Notes: generated from the sequence alone by a model not told the origin. A stretch of DNA of 32,000 bases from Candidatus Saccharimonadota bacterium (GCF_025273655.1 NZ_CP045921.1:960001-992000); one strand, 5' to 3'; counted from the first letter of the stretch, positions 7,708-15,404 are shown. Program-made: numbers and translations.

Positions 7708-8241
7708 CTACCTAATCTTTCTCAGGTTCCTCTGTCGCTCGTCTGAACGTACGCCGATACCAAATTGTTGACGCGCTTCATAGATGATACTTTTAGCTAC
7801 AAGATCGACTTCTGCGTCTTCAAATCCCGCCGCCAGGAGCTCCTGTTCTTTCAGAATCGGCTGCAACATAGCACGCTCCTCAATGGGCGTATACTGGCCA
7901 TTGATCGCTGCTCGTTCTGCCACATAATCCACATCAAAATAGCGAGGCTCGATTTCTCGTCGGAGATACGGCGTAGCAACTGCCTTTTTCATACCTTCGC
8001 CACGATTATGCCGCGCATACATGTCGGCGACCGCCTGTACAGCGAGCCTGCGCGCAGCAAGTGGCACGCTAACTCCATGCTTCACCTCATCCTCTAGTAC
8101 TTTGGGGCTGACACCAGCACGCACGAAAGGATATTCATGTCCGTAGTCCTCGCCATCTCCAGCAGCATCGCCATAATCGTGACGTAACGGCTCGTCGAAG
8201 AGACTGGGATGAAAATCATGTGTTACAGACTCTTTTCTCAT
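7708..8241 (-). CDS. hypothetical protein (177 aa)
   Basis: ORF from the track, truncated to the ATG at 8241 (MRKESVTHDF...). The longer version to 8340 would include the upstream gene's terminator hairpin (8305..8328) and this gene's own promoter. No recognisable domain. Confidence 0.65.
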   Translation of the reverse strand: MRKESVTHDFHPSLFDEPLRHDYGDAAGDGEDYGHEYPFVRAGVSPKVLEDEVKHGVSVPLAARRLAVQAVADMYARHNRGEGMKKAVATPYLRREIEPRYFDVDYVAERAAINGQYTPIEERAMLQPILKEQELLAAGFEDAEVDLVAKSIIYEARQQFGIGVRSDERQRNLRKIR

Positions 8242-8248
8242 AGCTTTT

Positions 8249-8277
8249 ATTATATCACACTTATGCATATAAATCAA
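8249..8277 (-). promoter_or_regulatory. sigma70-type promoter driving a probably leaderless mRNA
   Basis: On the minus strand: TTGATT (8277..8272), a 17-nt spacer, TGaTATAAT (-10 at 8254..8249), then 7 nt and the ATG at 8241. There is no SD in between. Confidence 0.55.
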
Positions 8278-8300
8278 TCTGCCGTACTTCTCTCGCAACC

Positions 8301-8330
8301 AAAAATCCCTACCGCGGGAGGTAGGGATTC
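8301..8330 (-). terminator. intrinsic terminator of the 69-aa gene
   Basis: On the minus strand: ATCCCTACC-tcccgc-GGTAGGGAT followed by TTTTT. Confidence 0.7.
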
Positions 8331-8395
8331 TATTTGGCACCTGTTTGTTTGATACTACTATAGCACCATGGCAGGCGTAAGCACAAGCGTATTTT

Positions 8396-8605
8396 TTACT
8401 TGTCTTTTTTAGATACGGTCAAGAAGCCGTTACGTGGGTTTTCTTTGACTACGCGATCTTCTGGCAGGTCTACTGGTTCACCTTTTTCGTTGACTTCCTT
8501 CTTTGCGAAGAAATAGATAGTCTGCGTTTTACCGCCGCGGAGGGTTACTTCTGATTTGTGCAGGTAGTAAGTAACGCCTTTTGAGTTAGTGTGACTGTAA
8601 GCCAT
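8396..8605 (-). CDS. hypothetical small basic protein (69 aa)
   Basis: AGGAGG lies 9 nt upstream of the ATG at 8605, and the gene has its own terminator downstream. Sequence MAYSHTNSKGVTYYLHKSEVTLRGGKTQTIYFFAKK... has no family I can name. Confidence 0.75.
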   Translation of the reverse strand: MAYSHTNSKGVTYYLHKSEVTLRGGKTQTIYFFAKKEVNEKGEPVDLPEDRVVKENPRNGFLTVSKKDK

Positions 8606-8676
8606 AAGAATGATACCTCCTATTTAGAACATCTTATACAGCTAGGGTATCTCTAGTGCGTATCTGTTGTCAACAG

Positions 8677-9306
8677 TTAGATGTCTTGGTATTTACTCTT
8701 TAAGAGCAAACGTAACACACCAAGCGCGAATACGCGACCAATAATCACCGCTACAATCACGACACATATCAAGAGTGAAAAGCCGGCAAAATCAGGTGAC
8801 CAAAGTGGCGAAGTGAAGACAAAACGATACTTCTCTGTATCGGGCATCTTGACCTGCGAAACTGGATCGTGACCAGGGGCGTACTTGGCATATTCACGCG
8901 CAAAACATTGCACATAACCCTGATTGTAACCAGAAAACTGCGGCTTGCAGATTGCATCTACTTTAGCGTTGATCACTTCACCGCTTTCGCCGCTTGCTGC
9001 CGCCTGCTGCACAAGCGCTGCTTTGTCACGCTCATACTGTGCTGACAAATATACATCGTTTTGACTGGTGTTCATATGTGCACTCACATAGCGCTGCAAA
9101 TCGAGCACGCGGTTGCGGGTGGCCTCGGCATTGCCCTGCTTGTCGGCAGCAATTACCGCATCGCGGCGCTGCACCATACCGACATTGTTGAGCCGCAGAA
9201 ATGTCGCCGACACAAATCCCATAAGTATCAACAAAACCACCAACTGCCAGGTTTTCACTCGCTGGATGTTTTTGATCGTTCGCCGAACTGTGCGCTTCTG
9301 TGCCAC
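8677..9306 (-). CDS. hypothetical bitopic membrane protein (N- and C-terminal TM helices around a soluble central domain)
   Basis: GTG start at 9306 with GGTGGGA upstream and TATAAT further upstream. TM helices at WQLVVLLILMGFVSATFL and FSLLICVVIVAVIIGRVFALGVL. Confidence 0.7.
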   Translation of the reverse strand: MAQKRTVRRTIKNIQRVKTWQLVVLLILMGFVSATFLRLNNVGMVQRRDAVIAADKQGNAEATRNRVLDLQRYVSAHMNTSQNDVYLSAQYERDKAALVQQAAASGESGEVINAKVDAICKPQFSGYNQGYVQCFAREYAKYAPGHDPVSQVKMPDTEKYRFVFTSPLWSPDFAGFSLLICVVIVAVIIGRVFALGVLRLLLKSKYQDI

Positions 9307-9351
9307 TCTTGTAGAATTCCCACCATTATACTTCTGGTCTAGTATACCAAA

Positions 9352-10572
9352 CTACTTGCTACGTCGATAGAGAGGGAAATTGGCAAACGAGATAAATAGT
9401 GTGAGCGCGGCCGCTGCAAAAAATGCGGCGCTAAGTGCCGCTTGTGCCTGCAGCACCAACAGGAAACCGAGTAATATAAGTGATATAAACATGGATCCAA
9501 GATTAAGCGTCATCTCGATTAACAGTAAGTAGGCGATGCGATGCCCCGAACGATCTGCAAGATCGAACATACCGCGAATAAACGCCATGGTATACCCTGT
9601 CGTTGCTGTTTCATTAATCACATTGGCAAGCGCCGCCGAAACAGGTGTGTAGATGAAGGGCCTGATAGCATGTGTAAATGAATTAGCAATTGTCGCATAG
9701 CGCAGCAACTCACCGCCACGCCGCCTGTCGATCAGCACGCCGTACATCTGCGATGCGATGAAGCCGACAAACAGCGTCACAGTAGCGAGACCACCGATCT
9801 GTGCATATACCGAGGATCCGGAGCTTGCAAACACCACAACAGTGAGAAACAACGGCCACAGCACGATAGAGGTGGTATTGTCGAGCCCCACGCCTACATT
9901 TGCCACCAAGCTGCGCCATGTCTCGCGCCACGGAAAACCTCGAAATGACAATTTCTGACCCACGCGAACTGGCTCAGCAGTACGCAGGAGTGGAAGTGCC
10001 GCCACCAAGAAAAGTCCCGCAGCTAGCCACATAGTCAACTCTGGTGATGCCAGCCAGGCGATCACCCCACCGATGAGCGGGCTTACGCCGGCTGCGATTT
10101 TGTCCATAATGTTCATGAAGCTGATTTCTTTTCCTGCGTGGTCGATATGTTTCACTTTTGAGAAGTCGACCAGATGGCAGATGCCATATAGGCTGATCGA
10201 TGTACCCTGGCAGATCGTGAAAATCACAAGCGCCCACTCACCGATGTGAGGCAGCAACGGCAGCGCTACTAGTGAGGGAATCGCTAGGAGATTTGCTACT
10301 AGCATGCCGTGCTTGGGACCAATACGTGCCGTTAACAGTGCCGCCGGCGTAGAGACAAAGAGTTTGAAAGCAAAATACAGCGAATAGAACGTCGCAATAT
10401 ATACCAGGGAATAGCCGCTTTTAAACAGAAACACTGCCACGAAGACAGACACCAGTGAATTCGCAGTCATACGCAGCAAACGCGCCGCATATAGCTCCGC
10501 CACTTCACTAAATGTCGCATAACGCCAGAAATGCCGACGCAGCAGTAGACGGTGGATAACAGATTGAATCAT
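9352..10572 (-). CDS. MFS transporter (about 12 TM)
   Basis: Twelve hydrophobic segments with a loop 2-3 motif-A-like sequence (LLTARIGPKHGMLV). I moved the start to the ATG at 10572 (MIQSVIHRLL...). The track's 10716 start would overlap divergent murC and its promoter. Confidence 0.8.
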   Translation of the reverse strand: MIQSVIHRLLLRRHFWRYATFSEVAELYAARLLRMTANSLVSVFVAVFLFKSGYSLVYIATFYSLYFAFKLFVSTPAALLTARIGPKHGMLVANLLAIPSLVALPLLPHIGEWALVIFTICQGTSISLYGICHLVDFSKVKHIDHAGKEISFMNIMDKIAAGVSPLIGGVIAWLASPELTMWLAAGLFLVAALPLLRTAEPVRVGQKLSFRGFPWRETWRSLVANVGVGLDNTTSIVLWPLFLTVVVFASSGSSVYAQIGGLATVTLFVGFIASQMYGVLIDRRRGGELLRYATIANSFTHAIRPFIYTPVSAALANVINETATTGYTMAFIRGMFDLADRSGHRIAYLLLIEMTLNLGSMFISLILLGFLLVLQAQAALSAAFFAAAALTLFISFANFPLYRRSK

Positions 10573-10620
10573 GTGTTTGTGTTGCCCTTTTACCCTGTTT
10601 CTGCCTCTATTACACCACAG

Positions 10621-10648
10621 TTGGCCAGAGAAGCGCAAGTGGTATACT
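10621..10648 (+). promoter_or_regulatory. murC promoter, probably producing a leaderless mRNA
   Basis: TTGGCC (10621..10626), a 16-nt spacer, TGgTATACT (-10 at 10643..10648), then 7 nt and the ATG at 10656. No SD. Confidence 0.5.
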
Positions 10649-10655
10649 AGACTTA

Positions 10656-11912
10656 ATGCATATTTATTTCTCTGGCATAGGTGGTGTAGGACTTGGTCCA
10701 CTGGCGCAGATGGCACTCGATGCAGGCCACAAAGTCGTTGGCTCAGATATGGCCGCTGGTCTCACTACCGATGAGCTCGGTGCGCTTGGTATCCAGGTAC
10801 GTGTTGGTAAGCAAGACGGTACGTTTTTACGTCACACACACGAAGCAACCCCTATCGATCTTTTTGTCTACACTGCAGCGCTACCCGTAGATCACCCAGA
10901 GCTCATCGCAGCACGCGAACTCGGTATCCGTAGCGTTAAACGCGACGGACTTCTCCGGCAACTCATCCAAGACAGTGATCAGAAGCTTATAGCCGTCGCA
11001 GGCACCCATGGCAAAACCACTACTACTGGCATGCTCGTGTGGGTGTTTCGCGAGCTTGGCATTCCAGTGAGCTACAGCGTTGGCAGTCAACTCAGTTTCG
11101 GTCCAAGCGGTCATTTCGACCCTAGCGCTCAGTATTTCATCTACGAGTGCGACGAGTTTGATCGCAATTTCCTGCAGTTTCATCCCGCCATCAGTGTCAT
11201 CGTGTCGGTCGATTATGACCACCCAGACACGTATCCCACCGAAACTGAATACAAGTCAGCGTTTCGCCAGTTTATCCGCCAATCAAAAGCAAGCATACTA
11301 TGGCAAACTGATGCGGATTATATCGATACTCGCGACCCAGTTGCTTGGTGTTTACAGAAAGATGAAGTTTTGCCTATCAAACTCGCGGGCGAACATAATC
11401 GTCGTAATGCGACGCTGGTTATGAAGGCTTTCGAGCGTATGGGTGTAGGTGAGAACAAAGAGTTGCGCGACGTTATCAATCATTTCCCGGGCACTATCCG
11501 CCGCTTCGAACGCCTAGCGGACAACTTGTATAGTGATTACGGCCACCATCCTACAGAAATTGCCGCAACCTTGCAGATGGCGCGTGAACTCTGTGACCAT
11601 GTCGTACTCATCTACCAACCGCACCAAAACATCCGCCAACACGAAATACACGATCAATACGTAGATGAAATTTTTAAAGACGCCGATGATATCTACTGGC
11701 TCCCCACTTATCTCTCTCGTGAAGACCCAGCACTAGAGATTCTCACACCCAAACAGCTCACCGCACAACTTGCGCCCACTAAACTACACCTGGCTGAATT
11801 CGACGAGACACTCTGGAGCGAAATCACCCGTCACCGCAATGCCGGCCACTTAGTGCTCTGCATGGGCGCCGGTTCGATCGATGGATGGGTGCGCGCGAAA
11901 CTTGAATCATGA
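10656..11912 (+). CDS. murC: UDP-N-acetylmuramate--L-alanine ligase
   Basis: HIYFSGIGGVGLGPLA, AVAGTHGKTTTTGML, ECDEFDRNFL, DYDHPDTY, GEHNRRNA, FPGTIRRFE, DYGHHPTEI and YQPHQ are collinear with MurC. At 418 aa it is shorter than E. coli MurC. Confidence 0.9.
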   Translation: MHIYFSGIGGVGLGPLAQMALDAGHKVVGSDMAAGLTTDELGALGIQVRVGKQDGTFLRHTHEATPIDLFVYTAALPVDHPELIAARELGIRSVKRDGLLRQLIQDSDQKLIAVAGTHGKTTTTGMLVWVFRELGIPVSYSVGSQLSFGPSGHFDPSAQYFIYECDEFDRNFLQFHPAISVIVSVDYDHPDTYPTETEYKSAFRQFIRQSKASILWQTDADYIDTRDPVAWCLQKDEVLPIKLAGEHNRRNATLVMKAFERMGVGENKELRDVINHFPGTIRRFERLADNLYSDYGHHPTEIAATLQMARELCDHVVLIYQPHQNIRQHEIHDQYVDEIFKDADDIYWLPTYLSREDPALEILTPKQLTAQLAPTKLHLAEFDETLWSEITRHRNAGHLVLCMGAGSIDGWVRAKLES

Positions 11913-12333
11913 AAAGGAAAGTCTACTTCGCATGCTCGATTCGTGGTGGTGGCGACACATCACTCTACCAGCAGATAGTAGATGCGATCAAGGCAGCGGG
12001 CGGTGACGTGCTCAGCGAAGTATTCGTACACGACGCCATCAACTACGGAGGTAGTCTCTACCGGCTGACGAAATATATGCACGTGACACGCAGATGATTT
12101 ACGATAGCGATGTCATGATAGCCGAAGTCACAAATCCATCGCTTGGAGTAGGCTATGAACTTGCGTATGCCGAAAAACTCAATACACCGATTCTATGTTT
12201 GTTTAAAAAAGACAGTGAACGCAAACTATCTGCCATGGTATCTGGTAATCGCTACAATGTTATAGAGTATATAGAGCCACACGACATCGAGCCGGCTGTC
12301 GCACGGTTTATCGGCACAAACATATCACACTAG
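11909..12333 (+). pseudogene. DNPH1/Rcl-like 2'-deoxynucleoside 5'-phosphate N-hydrolase (nucleoside 2-deoxyribosyltransferase superfamily), with its frame broken by an apparent 1-nt deletion
   Basis: ORF 11909..12097 (KVYFACSIRGGGD...) and ORF 12094..12333 (...VMIAEVTNPSLGVGYELAYA...ILCLF...LSAMV) are the two halves of one DNPH1-like protein. The second frame is open back to 12055 (SLPADEIYARDTQM...), so the break lies around 12055..12066. The ATG overlaps the murC stop (ATGA). Confidence 0.8.
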
Positions 12334-12860
12334 TATAGCTCGGAATTTCTGTGTGGTATCAACGCGCCGACCACACCCATCATGAAGCCTTCTTCGCGCT
12401 TCAGAACGTCACCGGTCAATATACCGACAGCACCATTTGACTGCTTAGAATTGGTTGTGCCAAACACAATATCATCCGCCTCGCCCAACTCCATACCACC
12501 AGCCACAAGTTCGGCAACTTTTGGTGGCAGGTACACGGTATTTGTCATCGATTTTCCTTCAAGCCCATCGCGGTCACGAGCCACCACCCAACCGCTTACG
12601 GCCATGTCGCTTCCGTGCAAGTCTACGCCGCCCTCAAGCCCTACCCAGTAGTCCGCATCTGGATACTCAGTCTGCGCATTGTCTACTCTATTTCGTGCAC
12701 CCGTGAGTGTCTCGTCAAAAGTCAGTGGCTGATCACGTACGCCAGATGGCACAGAAACACCTTCGACATCAACTACATGTTCGTTTGGAAACATCTGTTC
12801 AAACCCAAGGCGGACAGCATTTATTTTGACAGGATTTTTGGACGCAACGATTATCTTCAT
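12330..12860 (-). CDS. yjjX: inosine/xanthosine triphosphatase (non-canonical purine NTP phosphatase, YjjX family)
   Basis: MKIIVASKNPVKINAV...VSVPSGVRDQPLTFDETLTGARNRV...ADYWVGLEGGV...GAVGILTGDVLKR is collinear with E. coli YjjX. Confidence 0.85.
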   Translation of the reverse strand: MKIIVASKNPVKINAVRLGFEQMFPNEHVVDVEGVSVPSGVRDQPLTFDETLTGARNRVDNAQTEYPDADYWVGLEGGVDLHGSDMAVSGWVVARDRDGLEGKSMTNTVYLPPKVAELVAGGMELGEADDIVFGTTNSKQSNGAVGILTGDVLKREEGFMMGVVGALIPHRNSELY

Positions 12861-12896
12861 AGTTCTATTGTACTGCGATCGTCCAAGATATGTGAG

Positions 12897-13565
12897 TTAT
12901 AGTTCGACATCGTACTCGCCAAAGAAAAAATCATCTCCGAAAAAACTACGCGTCACGATTTGCTCGACCGCAGGAGCAAGGTCGTAGTCGGACAGTTTGA
13001 GTGGCGCGCACCATTTGATATCTGCTGATTCTTCGTATTCGTCAAGTTCGAACCGGCAGACATGCACCAGAGTCGACGATAGTAACTCGTCCTGAGTTTT
13101 GACACGAATATATGCGTCGCCGACATGTCTTGGCGCGGTAGATTTAAGGTCTAATTTTTCGTACGCTTCGCGTCGTGCTCCAGCCAGTACCGATTCATCA
13201 TCGATATGGACCTTACCGTATGGCAATGTCCATGTATCGATATACGGCTGCTTAGTGCGTCTCTGTAGCAGTACATGACCGTAGCCATCTTGTATGAGGA
13301 GCATAGTGATCATCTTCGGCTGGCGACGAACGAATAATTTGTCCGCGTTGACCCGGTCGACATAGCTCAGTCCCAGCGGCGAAAGAGTGTACCCACCCTC
13401 TATCTTTTCGACAAACTTATGTTGCTGCAACAGCTTGAGGTGATAGCTAAAAAGATTCGTGTCAGTACGTGGTGGTCGAAGATCACGAAACCGTACAGTT
13501 TTCTGATGCAACAATACCGACAAGATGTGTTTTTGGATATGATGCGTAATTGTTTGCTCAAACAT
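12897..13565 (-). CDS. winged-helix DNA-binding domain fused to a degenerate Nudix domain (putative nucleotide-responsive regulator)
   Basis: The N-terminus is ArsR/MarR-like wHTH (IQKHILSVLLHQKTVRFRDLRPPRTDTNLFSYHLKLLQQHKFVEKIEGGYTLSPLG). The C-terminal Nudix fold has an imperfect box, GKVHIDDESVLAGARREAYEKLDL, which has one extra residue before the first Glu and changes the second Glu of the EE pair to Lys and the Gly to Asp. Confidence 0.7.
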   Translation of the reverse strand: MFEQTITHHIQKHILSVLLHQKTVRFRDLRPPRTDTNLFSYHLKLLQQHKFVEKIEGGYTLSPLGLSYVDRVNADKLFVRRQPKMITMLLIQDGYGHVLLQRRTKQPYIDTWTLPYGKVHIDDESVLAGARREAYEKLDLKSTAPRHVGDAYIRVKTQDELLSSTLVHVCRFELDEYEESADIKWCAPLKLSDYDLAPAVEQIVTRSFFGDDFFFGEYDVEL

Positions 13566-13658
13566 ATTTGACTCAAATTATACTTACTAGATGTATCTAC
13601 TATAGCGCGATATTATGATTATATCATCTGTAATATACAAATAAGGAGGATGTGTATT

Positions 13659-14813
13659 ATGTCAGAAAAAATCCATACTCAAGATAGTTTTGACCAAATA
13701 TACAACGAAACTGAAAAAGTCTATGTGCCGCGCACGCCAGAGCTACTAGACAAGTTTCGCAGCATCGCACCGAAACGTATTTTGCAGCCGTATCTCAGTG
13801 ACACTACCGAACCTTACAGCTTGCGACTTCGTAGCACCACAAAATCCGGCACGAAAAAATACGATGCCACGCTCAAAACAGCTGGTCAGATAACAGCTGC
13901 AGGCAAAAGCCGTAGCGAATTCACTGGAGGTCTCAGCGATGAGCGATTTAACTACTATACTGCAGGCGATTTGCCGACCGTTCGCAAAACCCGTGTCTCA
14001 CCTATGGAGTCAATCGACATCGACTTTTTCGATGATGGCGACACATGGGTAGAGAGCGAAAATCCCGAAGCATGGACGCGTTTTCTCGACCATCACCGGT
14101 TCGACACCGATGACTTCGTAGATATGACAGGTCATGCTCCGGACAACGAGCTACGTGCACATGTACTCTATCGGCGCGAGCATGGCGGACGAAACGCGTT
14201 CGCGACGTATCGCCCGTTTGATACCGACATAGCACTCGACGCCATCTTGCCATATGCAAAAAGCCGTATACAGTTATCACGCGGTAGACTACCGGTCGTA
14301 CGCATCACTGGACGATCGGGCTCTGGCAAATCCCACCATCTCTCAGTGTTACGCGAAGAACTCAAATCACATGACGTTGACTCATACGTTATCTCGATAG
14401 ATGACTACAATATCGGAATGAAAAAACTCCTGGCCACAAATAACGGTGAGTATCCGAGAGATTTTGACCTACAAAACGTATACGACATCGAGCAAGCTCG
14501 TACCGACCTGCAGGAGTTGCTTGCAGGCCGTGCCATACGTCAGTATGCGTTCGACTGGCGCACAAGTGAACCACGGTATCTTCGTACCGTCGATGCGCCA
14601 GGTGATGGCACAGTATTATTTCTCGAAGGCATCTGGGCCAGGCACGATGCATTTGAGCGAGCAGATATTACGCTCGACATCGACACACCGCTCGCCACAT
14701 CACTTGGTCAGCGTATTACACGCGATATGCGCGAGCGCGCCGAGTTTGCCGAGCCAGAGAAGAGTATGCACTACTACCTTGAACACGCCGAGCCGGCCTA
14801 CCGAGCCGGCTAG
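13659..14813 (+). CDS. CYTH (triphosphate tunnel)-like domain fused to a uridine kinase/PRK-family P-loop kinase
   Basis: AGGAGG (13644..13649) lies 9 nt before the ATG at 13659. N-terminal CYTH-like strand pattern: ETEKVYV, ILQPYL...YSLRLRS, ATLKTAG, SRSEF, TVRKTRV, IDIDFFDDG..WVESE and FVDMTG..DNELRA. The C-terminus has Walker A ITGRSGSGKSH and a Udk-like LFLEGIW...DITLDIDTPLATSLGQRITRD. Confidence 0.8.
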   Translation: MSEKIHTQDSFDQIYNETEKVYVPRTPELLDKFRSIAPKRILQPYLSDTTEPYSLRLRSTTKSGTKKYDATLKTAGQITAAGKSRSEFTGGLSDERFNYYTAGDLPTVRKTRVSPMESIDIDFFDDGDTWVESENPEAWTRFLDHHRFDTDDFVDMTGHAPDNELRAHVLYRREHGGRNAFATYRPFDTDIALDAILPYAKSRIQLSRGRLPVVRITGRSGSGKSHHLSVLREELKSHDVDSYVISIDDYNIGMKKLLATNNGEYPRDFDLQNVYDIEQARTDLQELLAGRAIRQYAFDWRTSEPRYLRTVDAPGDGTVLFLEGIWARHDAFERADITLDIDTPLATSLGQRITRDMRERAEFAEPEKSMHYYLEHAEPAYRAG

Positions 14814-15361
14814 CTGGAGCGTGGCCAAGTACAGTCAAAGTCGGTGGCGGGCAATGGTTGCCAGTTGGCCAAGAATTTGTCAAAAATCTCCAAGCACATC
14901 TGACGCGTATCACGCCATATATCGTCCTCAGCAATCCGCACAATTCCATCTCTCGTGAACCAGCGAATGTCTTCGGACTCGCCATCGGCAACTCGCCCGC
15001 GCGGATGCGTTTCGGCGATGAAAATATATCCCATATCTGTATGGTAATGCCCGGGCACCACGTTGTGTGTCTGTACGACGAATGGCTGCGGATGCAGCGC
15101 AACTTTGTCGAGTTTCTCTATCCTCACCACTGGCTGAAGTATCTTGAGTTCCTCTACAGAATATCCCGACTCTTCTGTCAGTTCATGTGCCATTGCCGAC
15201 CAAGGTGTTTCGTCGAGTTCGACGTGACCACCCACAGGCAATAGTTTATGTAGTTTTTTGTGATTGTGAAGCATGATATATACTTCGTCTCCATCTCGGC
15301 GCAGTACGTACGCTGAGACCGTCTGGTCGATCTGACCAGGCTTGTCATGAATATGTCCCAT
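14810..15361 (-). CDS. Nudix hydrolase
   Basis: The Nudix box is intact apart from Arg to His: GHVELDETPWSAMAHELTEESGY, against the consensus Gx5Ex7REUxEExGU. It overlaps the convergent kinase gene by 4 nt. Confidence 0.85.
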   Translation of the reverse strand: MGHIHDKPGQIDQTVSAYVLRRDGDEVYIMLHNHKKLHKLLPVGGHVELDETPWSAMAHELTEESGYSVEELKILQPVVRIEKLDKVALHPQPFVVQTHNVVPGHYHTDMGYIFIAETHPRGRVADGESEDIRWFTRDGIVRIAEDDIWRDTRQMCLEIFDKFLANWQPLPATDFDCTWPRSS

Positions 15362-15404
15362 TTTTTGTTCCCTCGTCTACCCTCTCACCGAGTAGAGTTT
15401 GTTT

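Noticed and set aside
8242-8340. N-terminal extension of ORF 7708..8340 (MPNRIPTSRGRDFWLREKYG...).
   Set aside because: The extension would translate through the upstream gene's terminator hairpin (8305..8328) and this gene's own -35 and -10 boxes. The ATG at 8241 fits the promoter geometry.
7453-9306. An integrated mobile element or genomic island at the tRNA 3' end.
   Set aside because: There is no integrase, recombinase, phage or transposase gene. I found no direct repeat of the tRNA 3' end downstream, and there is no obvious composition shift.
10573-10716. Extension of the MFS ORF to 10716, overlapping murC.
   Set aside because: It would run through the murC promoter and its first 20 codons on the opposite strand. 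The hydrophobic MFS core begins after the ATG at 10572.
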